Source: Negaprion brevirostris (Eukaryota). From it: 64,000 nucleotides of DNA. The translations under genes were made by a program, and so were the position numbers. How positions within the stretch are numbered: the first letter of the stretch is position 1; each line of letters begins with the position of its first letter. The stretch spans positions 51,751,537 to 51,815,536 of the forward strand of contig JARDVH010000025.1 in NCBI GenBank assembly GCA_030324005.1. The letters run 5' to 3'. The notes under the pieces were generated by a model. The model did no database searches. It saw only the letters and a list, made by a program, of their open reading frames with translations, and was not told the DNA's origin. Shown here piece after piece: positions 63,742 to 64,000 of this stretch.

Positions 63742-64000
63742 TTGCTCATCATGGTATTCAATGTCATGTCTTCCTCTTCTACCCCCCAACAAATACCGAA
63801 GCAAAATATTTCTTTAATATTTCTGCCCTCTCTCCATCATTATCTGTGTTTAGACTCTGTACGTCCTCAGTTGTCAATCTGAGTGCTGGAGGACCTTTTG
63901 TTGGCCTTCTACCATCAGAAACCACCCATCAAACTTGATAGAATGAAGAACGTGCTCCCTGATCTTTAACTGGTTGAAGCATTGAGAATATCTAAAGCAT

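Noticed and set aside
28080-64000. Expected nested COL10A1 upstream of the NT5DC1 exon
   Set aside because: No Gly-X-Y or C1q ORF was found on either strand.

Overview
This is eukaryotic genomic DNA, almost certainly from an elasmobranch (shark). It is a gapped draft assembly dominated by decayed transposable elements: HE1-type tRNA SINEs, CR1/HER1, L2 and Rex1 LINE fragments, Deu-domain and LF-SINE-like SINEs, solo LTRs, PIF/Harbinger remnants with MITEs, and Penelope-like elements. Only two protein-coding exons are well supported, both on the minus strand with canonical splice sites: a 175-bp NT5DC1 exon (27905-28079) and a 234-bp classical-cadherin/desmocollin-type EC4-EC5 exon (33936-34169). 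A repeat-free block at about 20.0-21.3 kb looks like a long conserved non-coding (5'UTR-type) exon. Isolated exons of apparently unrelated genes within 14 kb suggest the window may be concatenated short scaffolds. The most notable structure is a size series of four fold-back Penelope insertions. All four invert at the same point, three have target-site duplications, and the longer copies carry minimal hammerhead ribozyme motifs. Almost all listed ORFs are chance or TE-derived. Repeat family names and homology calls come from recalled consensus or protein sequences, not database searches, and repeat boundaries are approximate. I cannot support a claim of a wholly new biological system.
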